Of a DNA stretch of 64,000 nucleotides, positions 38,436 to 48,660 are shown one piece after another. The notes below the pieces were generated by a model that was given only the letters and a program-made list of their open reading frames with translations, ran no database searches and was not told the DNA's origin. The position numbers and the translations under genes were made by a program. The DNA comes from Dehalococcoidia bacterium. GTDB lineage: Bacteria; Chloroflexota; Dehalococcoidia; Bin125. Within the stretch, counting starts at the first letter, position 1. Every line of letters begins with the position of its first letter. The stretch is taken from assembly GCA_965232875.1 (NCBI GenBank), contig OZ247431.1, forward strand, positions 1,110,273 to 1,174,272. The letters are read 5' to 3'.

Positions 38436-39701
38436 ATGACCAGACGAACTTCCAACAGCCGGAACGTAGGTATCCCCCCCATCACCGTTGTTGGTGTCGG
38501 CGGCGGCGGATGCAACGCGGTCAACCGGATGATCACCGACAAGATTCGAGGCGTCGAGTTTGTCGCGGTCAACACCGACAACCAGCAGCTCTCCGATTCC
38601 AAGGCGGAGACGATCATTCGTATCGCCGACGCCGAGTCGGACGGCCTCGGCGTCGGCGGCGACCCTGAGCGTGGCGCTCGCGCGGCAGAAAACAGCCGCG
38701 ACGAGATTCGCGGTCTTTTCGCCGACATCGACATGGCCTTCATTACCGCCGGCATGGGCGGCGGCACCGGGACCGGCGCGGCCCCAATCGTGGCCGAGAT
38801 GGCGCGACAGGCAGGTGCGCTGACGATCGCGGTCGTCACTCGGCCGTTCGAGTTCGAGGGTGTGCCCCGCGCGTCGGCAGCCCAGGAAGGCATCGACCGC
38901 CTCAATGATGTCGCCGATACCGTCATTGTGATCCCCAACCAGCGGCTGGTCGACAAGAATGACCGCAGCCTGACCGTGACCCAGGCCTTCAATCGGGCCG
39001 ACGACGTGCTGCGCCAGGCAGTGCGCGGCATCTCCGACGTGCTGACGGTGCCAGGTGAGATCAACCTCGACTTCAATGACGTCAAGAAAGTCATGGGCGG
39101 CGGTGGACACGCGCTGATGGCGTTGGGCCACGGCTCCGGTGATAACCGAGCACTCGACGCGGTCGAAGAAGCGATCCACTCGCCGCTGCTCGAGAACAGC
39201 ATTCACGGCGCGACACGAGTGCTCTACAACGTCACATCCGCCGGTGACCTCGGCATGCTCGAGCTCCAGCAGGTGGCCGACTTCGTCCGCGAGAAGGTCC
39301 ATCCCAACGCCGAGATCATCATGGGCACCGTGATCGACGACTCGCTCGACGGCGACATCCAGATGACACTGATCGCCACCGGCTTCGTCGAGGCGAGCGA
39401 GCAACCCCACGGACAATCCATGCCGAGTTTCGCAGCGGCAGGCGCCCCGCCAGCCCCCGCCTACAACGAGCCGGCTCCCACGCCACGCTCGCGTGAGGAC
39501 ATCCTCGAGAGCCTGACGTTCAAACCCGCCGAACCGCGCAGCCCTGAGGAACTGGCCACGCCGGCATTCCTGCATCGGCGACAAAGCGTTGCCAGCACCA
39601 ACGGCGCACCAGCCAGCAGTTCCAGCAATGGCGGCAACGCTGGCAATGGCAGCCGCGGCAGTCGTCGCTGGGACCCGAACGACATCTTCGGGCGCGAATG
39701 A
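38436..39701 (+). CDS. ftsZ: Cell division GTPase FtsZ
   Basis: [13 protein letters not shown] and [14 protein letters not shown] tubulin signature. Confidence 0.95.
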   Translation: MTRRTSNSRNVGIPPITVVGVGGGGCNAVNRMITDKIRGVEFVAVNTDNQQLSDSKAETIIRIADAESDGLGVGGDPERGARAAENSRDEIRGLFADIDMAFITAGMGGGTGTGAAPIVAEMARQAGALTIAVVTRPFEFEGVPRASAAQEGIDRLNDVADTVIVIPNQRLVDKNDRSLTVTQAFNRADDVLRQAVRGISDVLTVPGEINLDFNDVKKVMGGGGHALMALGHGSGDNRALDAVEEAIHSPLLENSIHGATRVLYNVTSAGDLGMLELQQVADFVREKVHPNAEIIMGTVIDDSLDGDIQMTLIATGFVEASEQPHGQSMPSFAAAGAPPAPAYNEPAPTPRSREDILESLTFKPAEPRSPEELATPAFLHRRQSVASTNGAPASSSSNGGNAGNGSRGSRRWDPNDIFGRE

Positions 39702-40438
39702 GAATCGACGTCGTCACAATCTTTCCGCCGCTACTCGCGGGCGCGTTTGAGCACAGCATCATCAAGCGCGCTCGCGACCGAGGCATCGTCGATATTCGGA
39801 TACACGATCTGCGCGAGCACACCGACGACCGGCACAGAACCGTCGACGACTATCCCTACGGCGGAGGTGCCGGCATGGTGATGAAGCCTGAGCCCTGGTT
39901 TCGAGCTGTCGAATCGCTGCGCGATCACGGCGAACCAGGCGATCCGGGCGATCCGGGCGATCCGGGCGATCCGGGGCGTGCGATCCTGCTCACTCCGCAG
40001 GGCAAGCGCTTGAATCAGAGTCTTGTCCAAAGACTGGCCTCCGAGGATCGACTGATCATCCTCTGCGGTCGCTACGAAGGCGTCGATGAGCGTGTGCGCG
40101 AACATCTTGTCGACGAAGAAGTCTCGATCGGCGACTACGTACTCTCCGGCGGCGAGCCTGCTGCCGTCGTCCTCGTGGATGCAGTCGTGCGCCTGCAGCC
40201 GGGCGCATTGGGCTCTGCCGAGTCCACGGTCGAGGAGTCGTTCGCCGACGGCTTGCTCGAGTATCCGCAATACACCAGGCCGCCCGAGTTCCGAGGCTGG
40301 CGCGTTCCCGACATCCTGTTCAGCGGCGACCACGGTGCTGTGGAGCGCTGGCGTCGCGAGCAACAAATCGAGCGAACCCGTCAGCGCCGTCCCGACCTCC
40401 TGGATGCGTCCGATGATGTGTCAGGGGCAACGACTTGA
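39698..40438 (+). CDS. trmD: tRNA (guanine37-N1)-methyltransferase TrmD, carrying an internal (GDP)n repeat insertion
   Basis: [10 protein letters not shown]...[15 protein letters not shown] signature. Followed by rplS as is usual. Confidence 0.9.
   Translation: MRIDVVTIFPPLLAGAFEHSIIKRARDRGIVDIRIHDLREHTDDRHRTVDDYPYGGGAGMVMKPEPWFRAVESLRDHGEPGDPGDPGDPGDPGRAILLTPQGKRLNQSLVQRLASEDRLIILCGRYEGVDERVREHLVDEEVSIGDYVLSGGEPAAVVLVDAVVRLQPGALGSAESTVEESFADGLLEYPQYTRPPEFRGWRVPDILFSGDHGAVERWRREQQIERTRQRRPDLLDASDDVSGATT
39932..39976. repeat. In-frame 9-bp tandem repeat (GATCCGGGC x4 plus a partial unit) inside trmD, encoding [17 protein letters not shown]
   Basis: GGCGATCCGGGCGATCCGGGCGATCCGGGCGATCCGGGG. 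Confidence 0.85.
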
Positions 40439-40537
40439 GCAACAAATCACTGCCCGATTCGGCTAGTCCAAAGGCCGTTTGCTGGCCTAAGCTGAGTTAA
40501 CAAGTTCTCATCCCATCCTTCTGTTCCGGAGCTGATC

Positions 40538-40906
40538 ATGGACCGCAGCGATCTCCTGACCCTTGAACGCAATCCGGACATCGAAGAATTTCAACCCGGC
40601 GATACCGTTCGCGTCCACGCCGTCATCGTCGAGGGCGACCGCGAGCGAACCCAGGTCTTTGAGGGTGTCGTCATCCGCCGCAAGAAGCAGGGTTCATCCT
40701 CGAACTTCACGGTCCGCCGGGTGACCAAGGGCATCGGTGTCGAGCGCACCTTCCTCTACCACTCGCCCAGAATCGAAAAGGTCGAGGTCACCCGCCGAGG
40801 CAGAGTCCGACGCTCACGTCTCTACTACCTCCGAGACCGAACCGGCCGAGCTGCCAGAATCCCTCAGCGTCCCCGAAACGCCAAGCGCGCCGTCCACTCG
40901 TACTAG
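40538..40906 (+). CDS. rplS: 50S ribosomal protein L19
   Basis: Family-wide similarity, 122 aa. Confidence 0.95.
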   Translation: MDRSDLLTLERNPDIEEFQPGDTVRVHAVIVEGDRERTQVFEGVVIRRKKQGSSSNFTVRRVTKGIGVERTFLYHSPRIEKVEVTRRGRVRRSRLYYLRDRTGRAARIPQRPRNAKRAVHSY

Positions 40907-40935
40907 ACCTTCGCGGTACCCCCGTCTTGCAGATC

Positions 40936-41297
40936 CGTCATACCCGCGCTTGACGCGGGTATCTCGTAGCGTCCAGCAAAGCGGTTGTTCAACCGACTCC
41001 GCTCCCCCCTTTGGGAGACCTACCCATAATCCTGTTTCCGGTCGTTCTGAGCTTCTGTAGGGGCGACCCTTGTGGTCGCCCGCGTTGGAGATCCCAAGGC
41101 TGACCAGATAGGAGCTACACAGCGGGTGACCAAAGGGGTCGCCCCTACGAGGTGGCCGAAAGCACGCCGGGCGAATCAGGCGCAGGTCTCCACTGGGAAA
41201 GATCCCACAGAGCATCAACTCCGTGATTGTCGCACTCAGCGCAGACATCCGTGCTCGAATCAGCGAAGTACCCGCGACAGGCGCGGGTATGACGAAC
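40936..41297. repeat. ~360-bp MITE-like element bounded by inverted palindromic terminal units (CCGTCATACCCGCGCTTGACGCGGGTATCTCG ... CGAAGTACCCGCGACAGGCGCGGGTATGACGA) with an internal long inverted repeat
   Basis: The terminal units are reverse-complementary members of the CCGTCAT hairpin family. Internal GTAGGGGCGACCC (41055-41067) pairs with GGGTCGCCCCTAC (41139-41151). Local hairpin GGGCGACC-CTTGT-GGTCGCCC. Confidence 0.5.
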
Positions 41298-41302
41298 TTG
41301 GC

Positions 41303-41671
41303 TCAAGAAGCCCCATGCAACGACACCGCGTCCGACACCAACGACCTTATCGACTCCGCTGGAAACTCCCGATCACACCAGACCTTCAAATGCCGCATCC
41401 CTTTCCCCGTTCCCTCCAACCGTGACTCCGTCTGCGGCAATTCTGCGCCCCGGAAGAATTGCAGTCGAACGTATCCGTTAGCGCCCATGATGCTGCACAT
41501 ATTGCCGTTCTTGCCCTCATGCACCCAGGCGGGATAGTTCCACTTTGTCGTCTCCGTAATCTTTGGATTCTCGCCGACCGCCTCCCTGACCGCATCGCGA
41601 ACGGCAAGCGCGACCCGACGCTCAGCCTCTTCGAGGCCGTCGAAGTACAGATCGAACTTGGACTCACTCAT
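41303..41671 (-). CDS. DUF1801 (YdhG-like) domain protein
   Basis: 122-aa ORF, family-like similarity. Confidence 0.65.
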   Translation of the reverse strand: MSESKFDLYFDGLEEAERRVALAVRDAVREAVGENPKITETTKWNYPAWVHEGKNGNMCSIMGANGYVRLQFFRGAELPQTESRLEGTGKGMRHLKVWCDREFPAESIRSLVSDAVSLHGAS

Positions 41672-43022
41672 CTGCGTCCTCTGGAGGTTCCGTCGATTCC
41701 ACGATCGCCGTCAGACCCTCCATCCCGACCACTTTGATCGATGCCCCTTCGCCGATCTCCACACCGCCGGCAGACCGCGCCGACCACAACTCCGCTTCCA
41801 CCATCACTGTGCCTCCGGGAGCCAGCGCAATGTGGGCCACGCCCTCTTTGCCGACGATGCCCTGAGACGCCTGGAACGACCATTTCGGTCTGCGCCGATC
41901 GACCGCGACCAATGTGCCTAGCCCAAACACGACCACACCGACCAATCCTGCGCCTACAATCAGCGCCCAGATCGACACCTTCTCCGCGTCTACCGACGCA
42001 TCTCCGATCAGTAACAATCCGCCCAGGATCATTGCAATGATCCCGCCAATGCCCAGGAACCCGAATCCGGCGACAAACACTTCTGCAATCAACAGCACCA
42101 GGGCCAACACGAGCAATGCAATCCCCGCAGGATTCGTGTCCAACGGGCCCAACGCGAAGAAGCCGAAGATCAGCATGATCACGCCGAACACGCCCGGCCC
42201 GACCAATCCAGGCGAAAACGCCTCGACCAACAGCAACAGGCTGCCAATCGACGTGAAGATGAAGGCGATGTTCGGGTCGGCGATCACATCAAGGATCGAC
42301 TCGGCCAGGTTGTAGTTGGTCTCTACGATCGGGGCGCCCGCGAGATCCAGCGTGATCGTCTCCCCATCCGGATCGAGCAGAATCTCGCGCCCGTCGATCA
42401 GGTCGATCAGATCATTCAGGTCGTCGGCGGTCAGGTCGACGACATTCAGTTCCACAGCTTCCTCGCCGGTGATCGAAACGGATTCCCGAACCGCCTCCTC
42501 AGCCCACTCCTCGTTGCGCCCACGGTGCTTCGCAATGCCTCTGATGTCTGCAGCAGCGTCATTGGTCACTTTCTCGCGCAGGTCACCGTCAATGTCGCCC
42601 CCGCTTCCGGAGATCGGATGGGCCGCACCGATTTGAGTGTTCGGCGCCATCGCCGCGATGTGCGCCGCCATCGTGATGAACGTCCCCGCCGACGCTGCCC
42701 GCGCGCCGGCCGGACTGACGAAGATGATCACGGGAATTTCGGCAGCCAGGATCCGTTGGACAATGTCGTCGGTCGACGAAATCAATCCGCCCGGCGTGTC
42801 CATCATCAGGATCCAGGCCGCAGCATCCTCACGTTCAGCGCGATCAAGCGCGCGGGTGACGAAGTTGGCCGACACTGGCCCGATTTCCTGCGCCATGCTT
42901 GAGACGTGGACCGCGCCGGGCGGATGGTCCGAACCGCAGCCCGAGAGCAACGCAGAGCCCAAGCCGAGGCCCAGCAGGACCAGAGCCAGCGCTCGCATTG
43001 GACGGTGAAGCAACCACCTCAT
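41664..43022 (-). CDS. NfeD-family membrane-bound ClpP-class serine protease
   Basis: N-terminal lipoprotein-like signal, ClpP-fold region (GGLISSTDDIV...ASAGTFITMAAH), C-terminal multi-TM plus OB domain. Confidence 0.8.
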   Translation of the reverse strand: MRWLLHRPMRALALVLLGLGLGSALLSGCGSDHPPGAVHVSSMAQEIGPVSANFVTRALDRAEREDAAAWILMMDTPGGLISSTDDIVQRILAAEIPVIIFVSPAGARAASAGTFITMAAHIAAMAPNTQIGAAHPISGSGGDIDGDLREKVTNDAAADIRGIAKHRGRNEEWAEEAVRESVSITGEEAVELNVVDLTADDLNDLIDLIDGREILLDPDGETITLDLAGAPIVETNYNLAESILDVIADPNIAFIFTSIGSLLLLVEAFSPGLVGPGVFGVIMLIFGFFALGPLDTNPAGIALLVLALVLLIAEVFVAGFGFLGIGGIIAMILGGLLLIGDASVDAEKVSIWALIVGAGLVGVVVFGLGTLVAVDRRRPKWSFQASQGIVGKEGVAHIALAPGGTVMVEAELWSARSAGGVEIGEGASIKVVGMEGLTAIVESTEPPEDADE

Positions 43023-43057
43023 ACGTCAAGAATACGCAGTCGCGATAAACTCCGGTC

Positions 43058-43822
43058 ATGCCTCCACTGGTCACCCACATGATTGCCGCCGTCCGCGCGG
43101 GTGGACAGATCGGCGCGGAAGACCCAGCACTCGATTTCAAGAACGGCGACTACCTGCTCGGCGCAACGACGCCCGATATCCGCGTGCTCACCCGTTGGGA
43201 TCGCGAGCGCACCCACTTCTTCGACATTTACGACGACGGCCACCAGGACTGTGTCGAGAAATTCTTCGACGCCCACCGCACGTTTCGGGACCCGTCCAAC
43301 TTGTCTGCGCAGACCCGCGCTTGGGTAGCCGGATACCTCACGCACGTGATCATGGACCAGGAATACGTCCTAAAGATCTACCGACCATTCTTCGGCAGCC
43401 GATCCGTGCTCGGAGGCAGTTCACACGCCAACCTGCTCGACCGCGTCCTGCAATACGAAATGGATCGCCGCGAGCGGGAATCGGGCGATCAAATGCACCA
43501 AATCAGGCAGTCACTGTTTGGCTCGGCCGTCGAGATTGACGCCGGCTTCGTCGACCGTCCCTTGCTCACGAAATGGCGAGACACCACCGCAGCCATGACC
43601 GAGCACCCGCCCGACTGGGAACGGTTCTCATTCATCGCCTCACGGCACTTGAAGAGCGCCGGGATTGAAAGCGAGTCCGGACTACGGGACTTCATGGACA
43701 ACATCCCACAACTGCTCGACGACACCATGTCACACGTCGATCAACGCGCCCTCGACGGCTTCTTCGAATCAACGGCGGAACTTACGGCAAGCGTTCTCCG
43801 CGACTGGCTGGGCACAGACTGA
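43058..43822 (+). CDS. Hypothetical protein, possibly a metal-dependent hydrolase (zinc phospholipase C-like fold)
   Basis: 254-aa ORF with N-terminal VTHMIAA and several His/Asp. Assignment tentative. Confidence 0.45.
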   Translation: MPPLVTHMIAAVRAGGQIGAEDPALDFKNGDYLLGATTPDIRVLTRWDRERTHFFDIYDDGHQDCVEKFFDAHRTFRDPSNLSAQTRAWVAGYLTHVIMDQEYVLKIYRPFFGSRSVLGGSSHANLLDRVLQYEMDRRERESGDQMHQIRQSLFGSAVEIDAGFVDRPLLTKWRDTTAAMTEHPPDWERFSFIASRHLKSAGIESESGLRDFMDNIPQLLDDTMSHVDQRALDGFFESTAELTASVLRDWLGTD

Positions 43823-45192
43823 TGGTCAGCGCCACCGACAAGGTTGAAACGCAAATCCCGATCTGGCGAGGCGCAGCGGAAGCGCGTGAGCAGTTGCTCT
43901 CACGCAGACGTCCCGATGACGACGAACTGAGCGATGTCGAGCGAACCATTCTGCGTCGCCTCTTCGACGACGAGCCGGAGTTCGAGGAAGCTGTGCGCCG
44001 GATCATCGAGGGCGTCCGAACCGGAGGCGATGAAGCCGTCCGTCAAATCGCCGAAGCGATTGACGGCGCCGCGCCGGATTCGATCGTCGTCACGGAGGAA
44101 GAGTTTGCCCAGGCTCGCCGCGAGGTCTCGCCTGAGTTGGTCTCAGCGCTCCAGCACGCCGCCGAGCGTGTTCGCCGATACCACGAAATGCAACTCGAGC
44201 ACGCGGCCAGGTCCTTCTCCAGCGACGGTCTCGGCCAGGTCGTGCGGCCGCTCGCGCGCGTCGGGCTCTACGTGCCGGGCACAGCCGCTGTGTATCCGTC
44301 AACGGTGCTGCACACCGCCATTCCAGCCCAGGTTGCAGGAGTGCCCGAAGTCGTCATCGCCTCGCCGGCCGTGCCGGCCCAAGACGGTACCGCTACTGTC
44401 AACGCGCTCAAGCTCGTCGCTGCAGAAATCGCCGGCGTCGACACGGTCTACAAAGTCGGTGGCGCGCAGGCCATCGCGGCGCTGGCCTACGGCACTGAGT
44501 CAATCGGCGCAGTCGACAAAATCTTCGGACCGGGCAACCGTTTCGTCACAGCGGCCAAGCGACGCCTCTACGGAGTCGTCGGCATCGACGCAATCTACGG
44601 TCCCACCGAAACCCTGATCGTCGCCGACGACACGGCTAACCCAGAACTCGTCGCAGCCGACCTCCTCGCCCAGGCTGAGCACGACAATCTCGCCGCGCCG
44701 ATTCTGATCGCGACCAGTGAATCGTTCGCCGAGTCCGTCGTCGCGCAACTGATTGAACAGACCATCGACCTGCCCCGCCGCGAGATCGCCCTCAACGCTG
44801 TCCGCAATCGAGGTGGGCTCGCCTTCGTTCCCGACCTCGAAGAAGCGCTGGCCATTGCCAACGAGTACGCACCCGAGCATCTCGCGCTCGTCGTCAAGGA
44901 TGCCCACCAACGCATCGGCGATGTGCGAAACGCTGGCGGTTTGTTCGTCGGCGAAGCCTCGCCCGAGGCGCTGGGCGACTATGTCGCCGGACCCTCGCAC
45001 GTCATGCCCACCGGTGGCTCGGCACGATTCGCCTCGGCGCTGAATGTCGGCGAGTTCATGAAGATCACAACGGTTGTCCAGGTCACTGACGACCTGCTCG
45101 ACGAAATCGCCGGCGACGCGGAACTGATCGCCCACGCCGAGCACCTCGATGCCCACGCCCGCTCACTCGAACGGCGACGCCGAGACCGATGA
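43822..45192 (+). CDS. hisD: Histidinol dehydrogenase
   Basis: IDAIYGPTETLIVADD...AQAEHD signature. Confidence 0.9.
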   Translation: MVSATDKVETQIPIWRGAAEAREQLLSRRRPDDDELSDVERTILRRLFDDEPEFEEAVRRIIEGVRTGGDEAVRQIAEAIDGAAPDSIVVTEEEFAQARREVSPELVSALQHAAERVRRYHEMQLEHAARSFSSDGLGQVVRPLARVGLYVPGTAAVYPSTVLHTAIPAQVAGVPEVVIASPAVPAQDGTATVNALKLVAAEIAGVDTVYKVGGAQAIAALAYGTESIGAVDKIFGPGNRFVTAAKRRLYGVVGIDAIYGPTETLIVADDTANPELVAADLLAQAEHDNLAAPILIATSESFAESVVAQLIEQTIDLPRREIALNAVRNRGGLAFVPDLEEALAIANEYAPEHLALVVKDAHQRIGDVRNAGGLFVGEASPEALGDYVAGPSHVMPTGGSARFASALNVGEFMKITTVVQVTDDLLDEIAGDAELIAHAEHLDAHARSLERRRRDR

Positions 45193-46304
45193 GTTCCACA
45201 CCACCATCGATTCGTCCGCATCTCGCCCAACTGCCTGGCTACGCGCCGGTTGTCCCGCTCGCCGAACGCGCACGCCAGGCCGGTCTCGAACCCGAGGACT
45301 GTCTCAAGCTCGACGCCAACGAGAATCCCTACGGGATGCATCCAAGAGTCCGCGAAGCGCTGGCCACAGCGTTGTCCGACCCCAACTTCGGCTCCATCTA
45401 TCCCGATCCCAACCAGGCGACGCTCAGAGCGGCGCTGGCCCGATACACCGGCATCGACGCTTCGATGATCGTCGCCGGCGCCGGCGCCGACGAGCTGTTG
45501 GATCTCACCTTGCGAGCATTGCTGAGCCCCGGCGCTTCAATCATTACTTGCTCACCCTCGTTCGGGATGTATCCCTTTCTCGCCGATCTGAACGAACTCA
45601 ACCTCATCGACATCCCTCGAGACCACGACTTCGCGCTTCCAACCGACGAGCTGTTGGATGCGGTCCGCCAGAGCAAAGGCGATTCCGTCGTCGTTCTCAC
45701 GTCGCCCAATAATCCCAGCGGCGATCTAGTCCCAGTAGAGGTGATCCGAGCACTCCTGACTTCGGGCGCAACGCTGATGTTGGACGAGGCGTACATCGAA
45801 TTCGCCGGGCTCGAGATGTCGGCGCAATACCTGCTCTCCGAGTTCCCGCGCCTGATCATCATGCGCACCTTCAGCAAATGGGCCGGGATCGCCGGTTTGC
45901 GGCTCGGTTATGCGCTGGCCCATCCCGAACTCATTGCCAACCTGATCAAGGTCAAGCAGCCGTACAACCTCAATCAGGCGGCGGAAGTCGCCGGCATCGC
46001 AGCGATCGATGCGGCGGAAGAAATCGGCGAGCAGATCGACGCCATCCGCCAGACCCGTGATTCCCTGTACGAAACACTTCAGAGCAACGAGAGCCTAAAG
46101 CCACTGCCCTCGCAATCCAACTTCATCCTGATCGAAGTCGATCCGGCGATCGGAACCGGACGAGAGCTGCACGATCAACTGGCCAATCTCGGAGTCTTCA
46201 CGAGAACCTACAGCGATCCGGCTCTCGCCTCCTACCTGCGAATCTCGATGCCAAGACACGATCAGTTGAACACGCTGATTGAGCGTCTCAACAGCTTGGT
46301 CTGA
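45189..46304 (+). CDS. hisC: Histidinol-phosphate aminotransferase
   Basis: LDANENPYG N-terminal motif; class II aminotransferase; 371 aa. Confidence 0.9.
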   Translation: MSSTPPSIRPHLAQLPGYAPVVPLAERARQAGLEPEDCLKLDANENPYGMHPRVREALATALSDPNFGSIYPDPNQATLRAALARYTGIDASMIVAGAGADELLDLTLRALLSPGASIITCSPSFGMYPFLADLNELNLIDIPRDHDFALPTDELLDAVRQSKGDSVVVLTSPNNPSGDLVPVEVIRALLTSGATLMLDEAYIEFAGLEMSAQYLLSEFPRLIIMRTFSKWAGIAGLRLGYALAHPELIANLIKVKQPYNLNQAAEVAGIAAIDAAEEIGEQIDAIRQTRDSLYETLQSNESLKPLPSQSNFILIEVDPAIGTGRELHDQLANLGVFTRTYSDPALASYLRISMPRHDQLNTLIERLNSLV

Positions 46305-46344
46305 CGCTCTATCCTGCGCACGCTCAATCTTGACTTGAGCAGCG

Positions 46345-46920
46345 ATGCAGGAGGATGCGATGCGGCTCTCGGAACCACGATTACCACCACTGACGATTGA
46401 GACGGCGGAAGGCGAGTCCAAGGCGCAACTGGAGCGCGCCGAGGCTCGCGGCGGACGGGTGCTCAATATCACCCGCACCCTGGCGCACTATCCCGAGCTC
46501 TCCTCCGCCTGGGGTCGCTTCGCCCGACACGTCTTGGCCGGATCGTCGCTGCCCGAGCGCGAACGCGAACTGATCATCCTGCGCATGGGCTGGAACTGTC
46601 AGTCCGGCTACGAGTTTGGCCAGCATCGGCGCATGGGCCAGGAAGCCGGACTCAGCCTCGACGAAGTTGAGCGGGTCAAGGAGGGACCCGGGCACGACGC
46701 CTGGACCTCGCACGAAGCTGCTCTGCTGCAGGCCGCCGACGAATTGCATTCTGACGCGTTCGTCAGCGACGCAACCTGGAACAAACTGGCCGAGCGCTAC
46801 AACACCCATCAGATGATGGATGTGGTCTTCGCCGCCGGACAGTACAACCTCGTCTCGATGGCGCTGAACACACTCGGCGTGCAACTCGAACCGGGCACGC
46901 CCGGCCTCGAACTCGACTAG
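46345..46920 (+). CDS. Carboxymuconolactone decarboxylase (AhpD-like) family protein
   Basis: CMD-family similarity. Confidence 0.75.
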   Translation: MQEDAMRLSEPRLPPLTIETAEGESKAQLERAEARGGRVLNITRTLAHYPELSSAWGRFARHVLAGSSLPERERELIILRMGWNCQSGYEFGQHRRMGQEAGLSLDEVERVKEGPGHDAWTSHEAALLQAADELHSDAFVSDATWNKLAERYNTHQMMDVVFAAGQYNLVSMALNTLGVQLEPGTPGLELD

Positions 46921-46937
46921 ACGAGTCAGGAGCCACC

Positions 46938-48149
46938 ATGCCCGGTCCGCTTGACGGCTTACGAGTGCTCGATTTCACCTGGGCTCTGGCCGGTCCCTAC
47001 GGTTCGATGATCCTCACCGACCTCGGCGCCGAGGTCTACAAGGTCGAACATGTCGACACCAACGAGCGCCATCGCGGCGCCGGACCGTATGTACACGGCG
47101 TCTCGACTTACTTCTTCAGCGTCAATCGGGGCAAGAAGTCGGTCACGCTCGACCTCAAGCATCCTGAGGCAGTGCAGATCATCAAAGATCTGATCGACCC
47201 TGCATCCGGTGGCATCAATGTTCTGACCGAAAACTTCCGACCAGGCGCGATGGAGCGCCTCGGCCTCGGCTACGACGAGCTCTCTGCCATCAATCCGGGT
47301 CTGATCTACGCATCAACCTCAGGCTTCGGACACACCGGGCCCTACCAGCACCGACCCGCCGTAGATGTGATCGTGCAGGGCATGGGCGGTGTGATGAGCA
47401 TCACCGGACACCCGGACGGACCGCCCGCGCGACCTGGCTACAGCATCGGCGACATGGCCGGCGGGATGTATACGGCAATCGGAGTGCTGGCTGCCTTGCA
47501 CGAGCGACATTCGTCTGGTCTGGGACAGCACGTCGACGTCGCCATGCTCGACGCGCAAGTCGCGCTGCTCGAAAATGCTGTCGTCCGCGCCGCCAACACC
47601 GACGAGGTGCCCGGTCCAATCGGCACCCGGCACCCGCTGGTCACGCCGTTCCAGGCGCTGCCGACCGCCGACGGCTGGATGGTGATCGCCGGCGTCAAGG
47701 ACTGGCAGCTCTTCTGTGTCAAGATCGAGCGCGACGACCTGCTTCACGACGAACGCTTTCAGACCAATCCCGACCGCACCGAGCATCACGCCGACCTCGA
47801 ACCGATCCTGTTTGAGGCCTTCAAGAAGCGAACTACTGCTGAGTGGGAGGCCGAACTCGAAGGCGTCTGCATCGCCGCCCCGATGAATACGATCCCGGAG
47901 ATCATCAACGATCCACACATCGCCGCCCGAGGCATGATCGCCGACCTCCCTGTCGCCAAGTCTCAGAAATCAATCAAAGTCTCCGGTTCCCCCGTCCACC
48001 TCTCCCGAACCCCTATCCAACTCCGTCGAGGAGCCAGCGCCATCGGCGAGCACACCAGAGAAGCCCTGGAACTAATCGGCCGCTCGCCCGAGCAGGTCAC
48101 CGAACTCGTCGAGTCCGGCGTGATCTCAGTCGACGAACCGACTACGTGA
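46938..48149 (+). CDS. Family-III CoA-transferase (CaiB/BaiF)
   Basis: LDGLRVLDFTWALAGPYGSMILTDLGAEVYKVE signature, 403 aa. Confidence 0.85.
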   Translation: MPGPLDGLRVLDFTWALAGPYGSMILTDLGAEVYKVEHVDTNERHRGAGPYVHGVSTYFFSVNRGKKSVTLDLKHPEAVQIIKDLIDPASGGINVLTENFRPGAMERLGLGYDELSAINPGLIYASTSGFGHTGPYQHRPAVDVIVQGMGGVMSITGHPDGPPARPGYSIGDMAGGMYTAIGVLAALHERHSSGLGQHVDVAMLDAQVALLENAVVRAANTDEVPGPIGTRHPLVTPFQALPTADGWMVIAGVKDWQLFCVKIERDDLLHDERFQTNPDRTEHHADLEPILFEAFKKRTTAEWEAELEGVCIAAPMNTIPEIINDPHIAARGMIADLPVAKSQKSIKVSGSPVHLSRTPIQLRRGASAIGEHTREALELIGRSPEQVTELVESGVISVDEPTT

Positions 48150-48340
48150 GCCTGATCCGGAATTTGAACACCGCCTGCTTGCGCAGGCGGTCACCCCTCC
48201 CCGCTGCTCCTCGATTCACTCGGGGAACAGCGGGGCGGCAATGTTGCGGCGTGCTCTCGCACAAGTGAGACAAAATCGTCGATATGGCACTGAAGCCGAC
48301 ATGGCACTGAACCGGCGCCGAACGACGCCTGTTGCGTCCC

Positions 48341-48541
48341 TTACAGATTCGCGTTGTCGTAGACTTCCGCGTTCTGCTGGTTAGCAGAACTCTGCCACTG
48401 AGATCCTTGGCTGCCGCCGAGGAATTGTTGGCCCGCGTCACGCTGACCGCCGGCAACCTTGGCCAACTCGTCAGCGCTGAGCTCGTCGCCCTCGTTCTGA
48501 GCTTCGACCTGGTCCGCGGACGTATCTGTTTGTTCTGGCAT
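48341..48541 (-). CDS. Candidate double-glycine-leader peptide precursor (RiPP/bacteriocin-like), 66 aa
   Basis: MPEQTDTSADQVEAQNEGDELSADELAKVAGG | QRDAGQQFLGGSQGSQWQSSANQQNAEVYDNANL. LSADELAKVAGG fits LSxxELxxIxGG. SD-like GGGGTGA 5 nt upstream of the ATG. Confidence 0.45.
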   Translation of the reverse strand: MPEQTDTSADQVEAQNEGDELSADELAKVAGGQRDAGQQFLGGSQGSQWQSSANQQNAEVYDNANL

Positions 48542-48660
48542 ATGTCACCCCGTTTCTGCTTCTAAACTAGCAAATCAGAATCTCCTTCGCAATCGGCACT
48601 CGACGGCCCGCTTACCATTCTCAAGTGATCTCCTCCCCCGACCGCTCAAGGACCATTCCG

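Noticed and set aside
48286-48311. Direct repeat ATGGCACTGAA x2 just 3' of the GG-leader peptide gene, plus hairpin ACCGCCTGC-TTGC-GCAGGCGGT (48169-48190) after the CoA-transferase stop
   Set aside because: Short repeats with no downstream T-run. They could be a terminator or protein site but the evidence is too thin to call.
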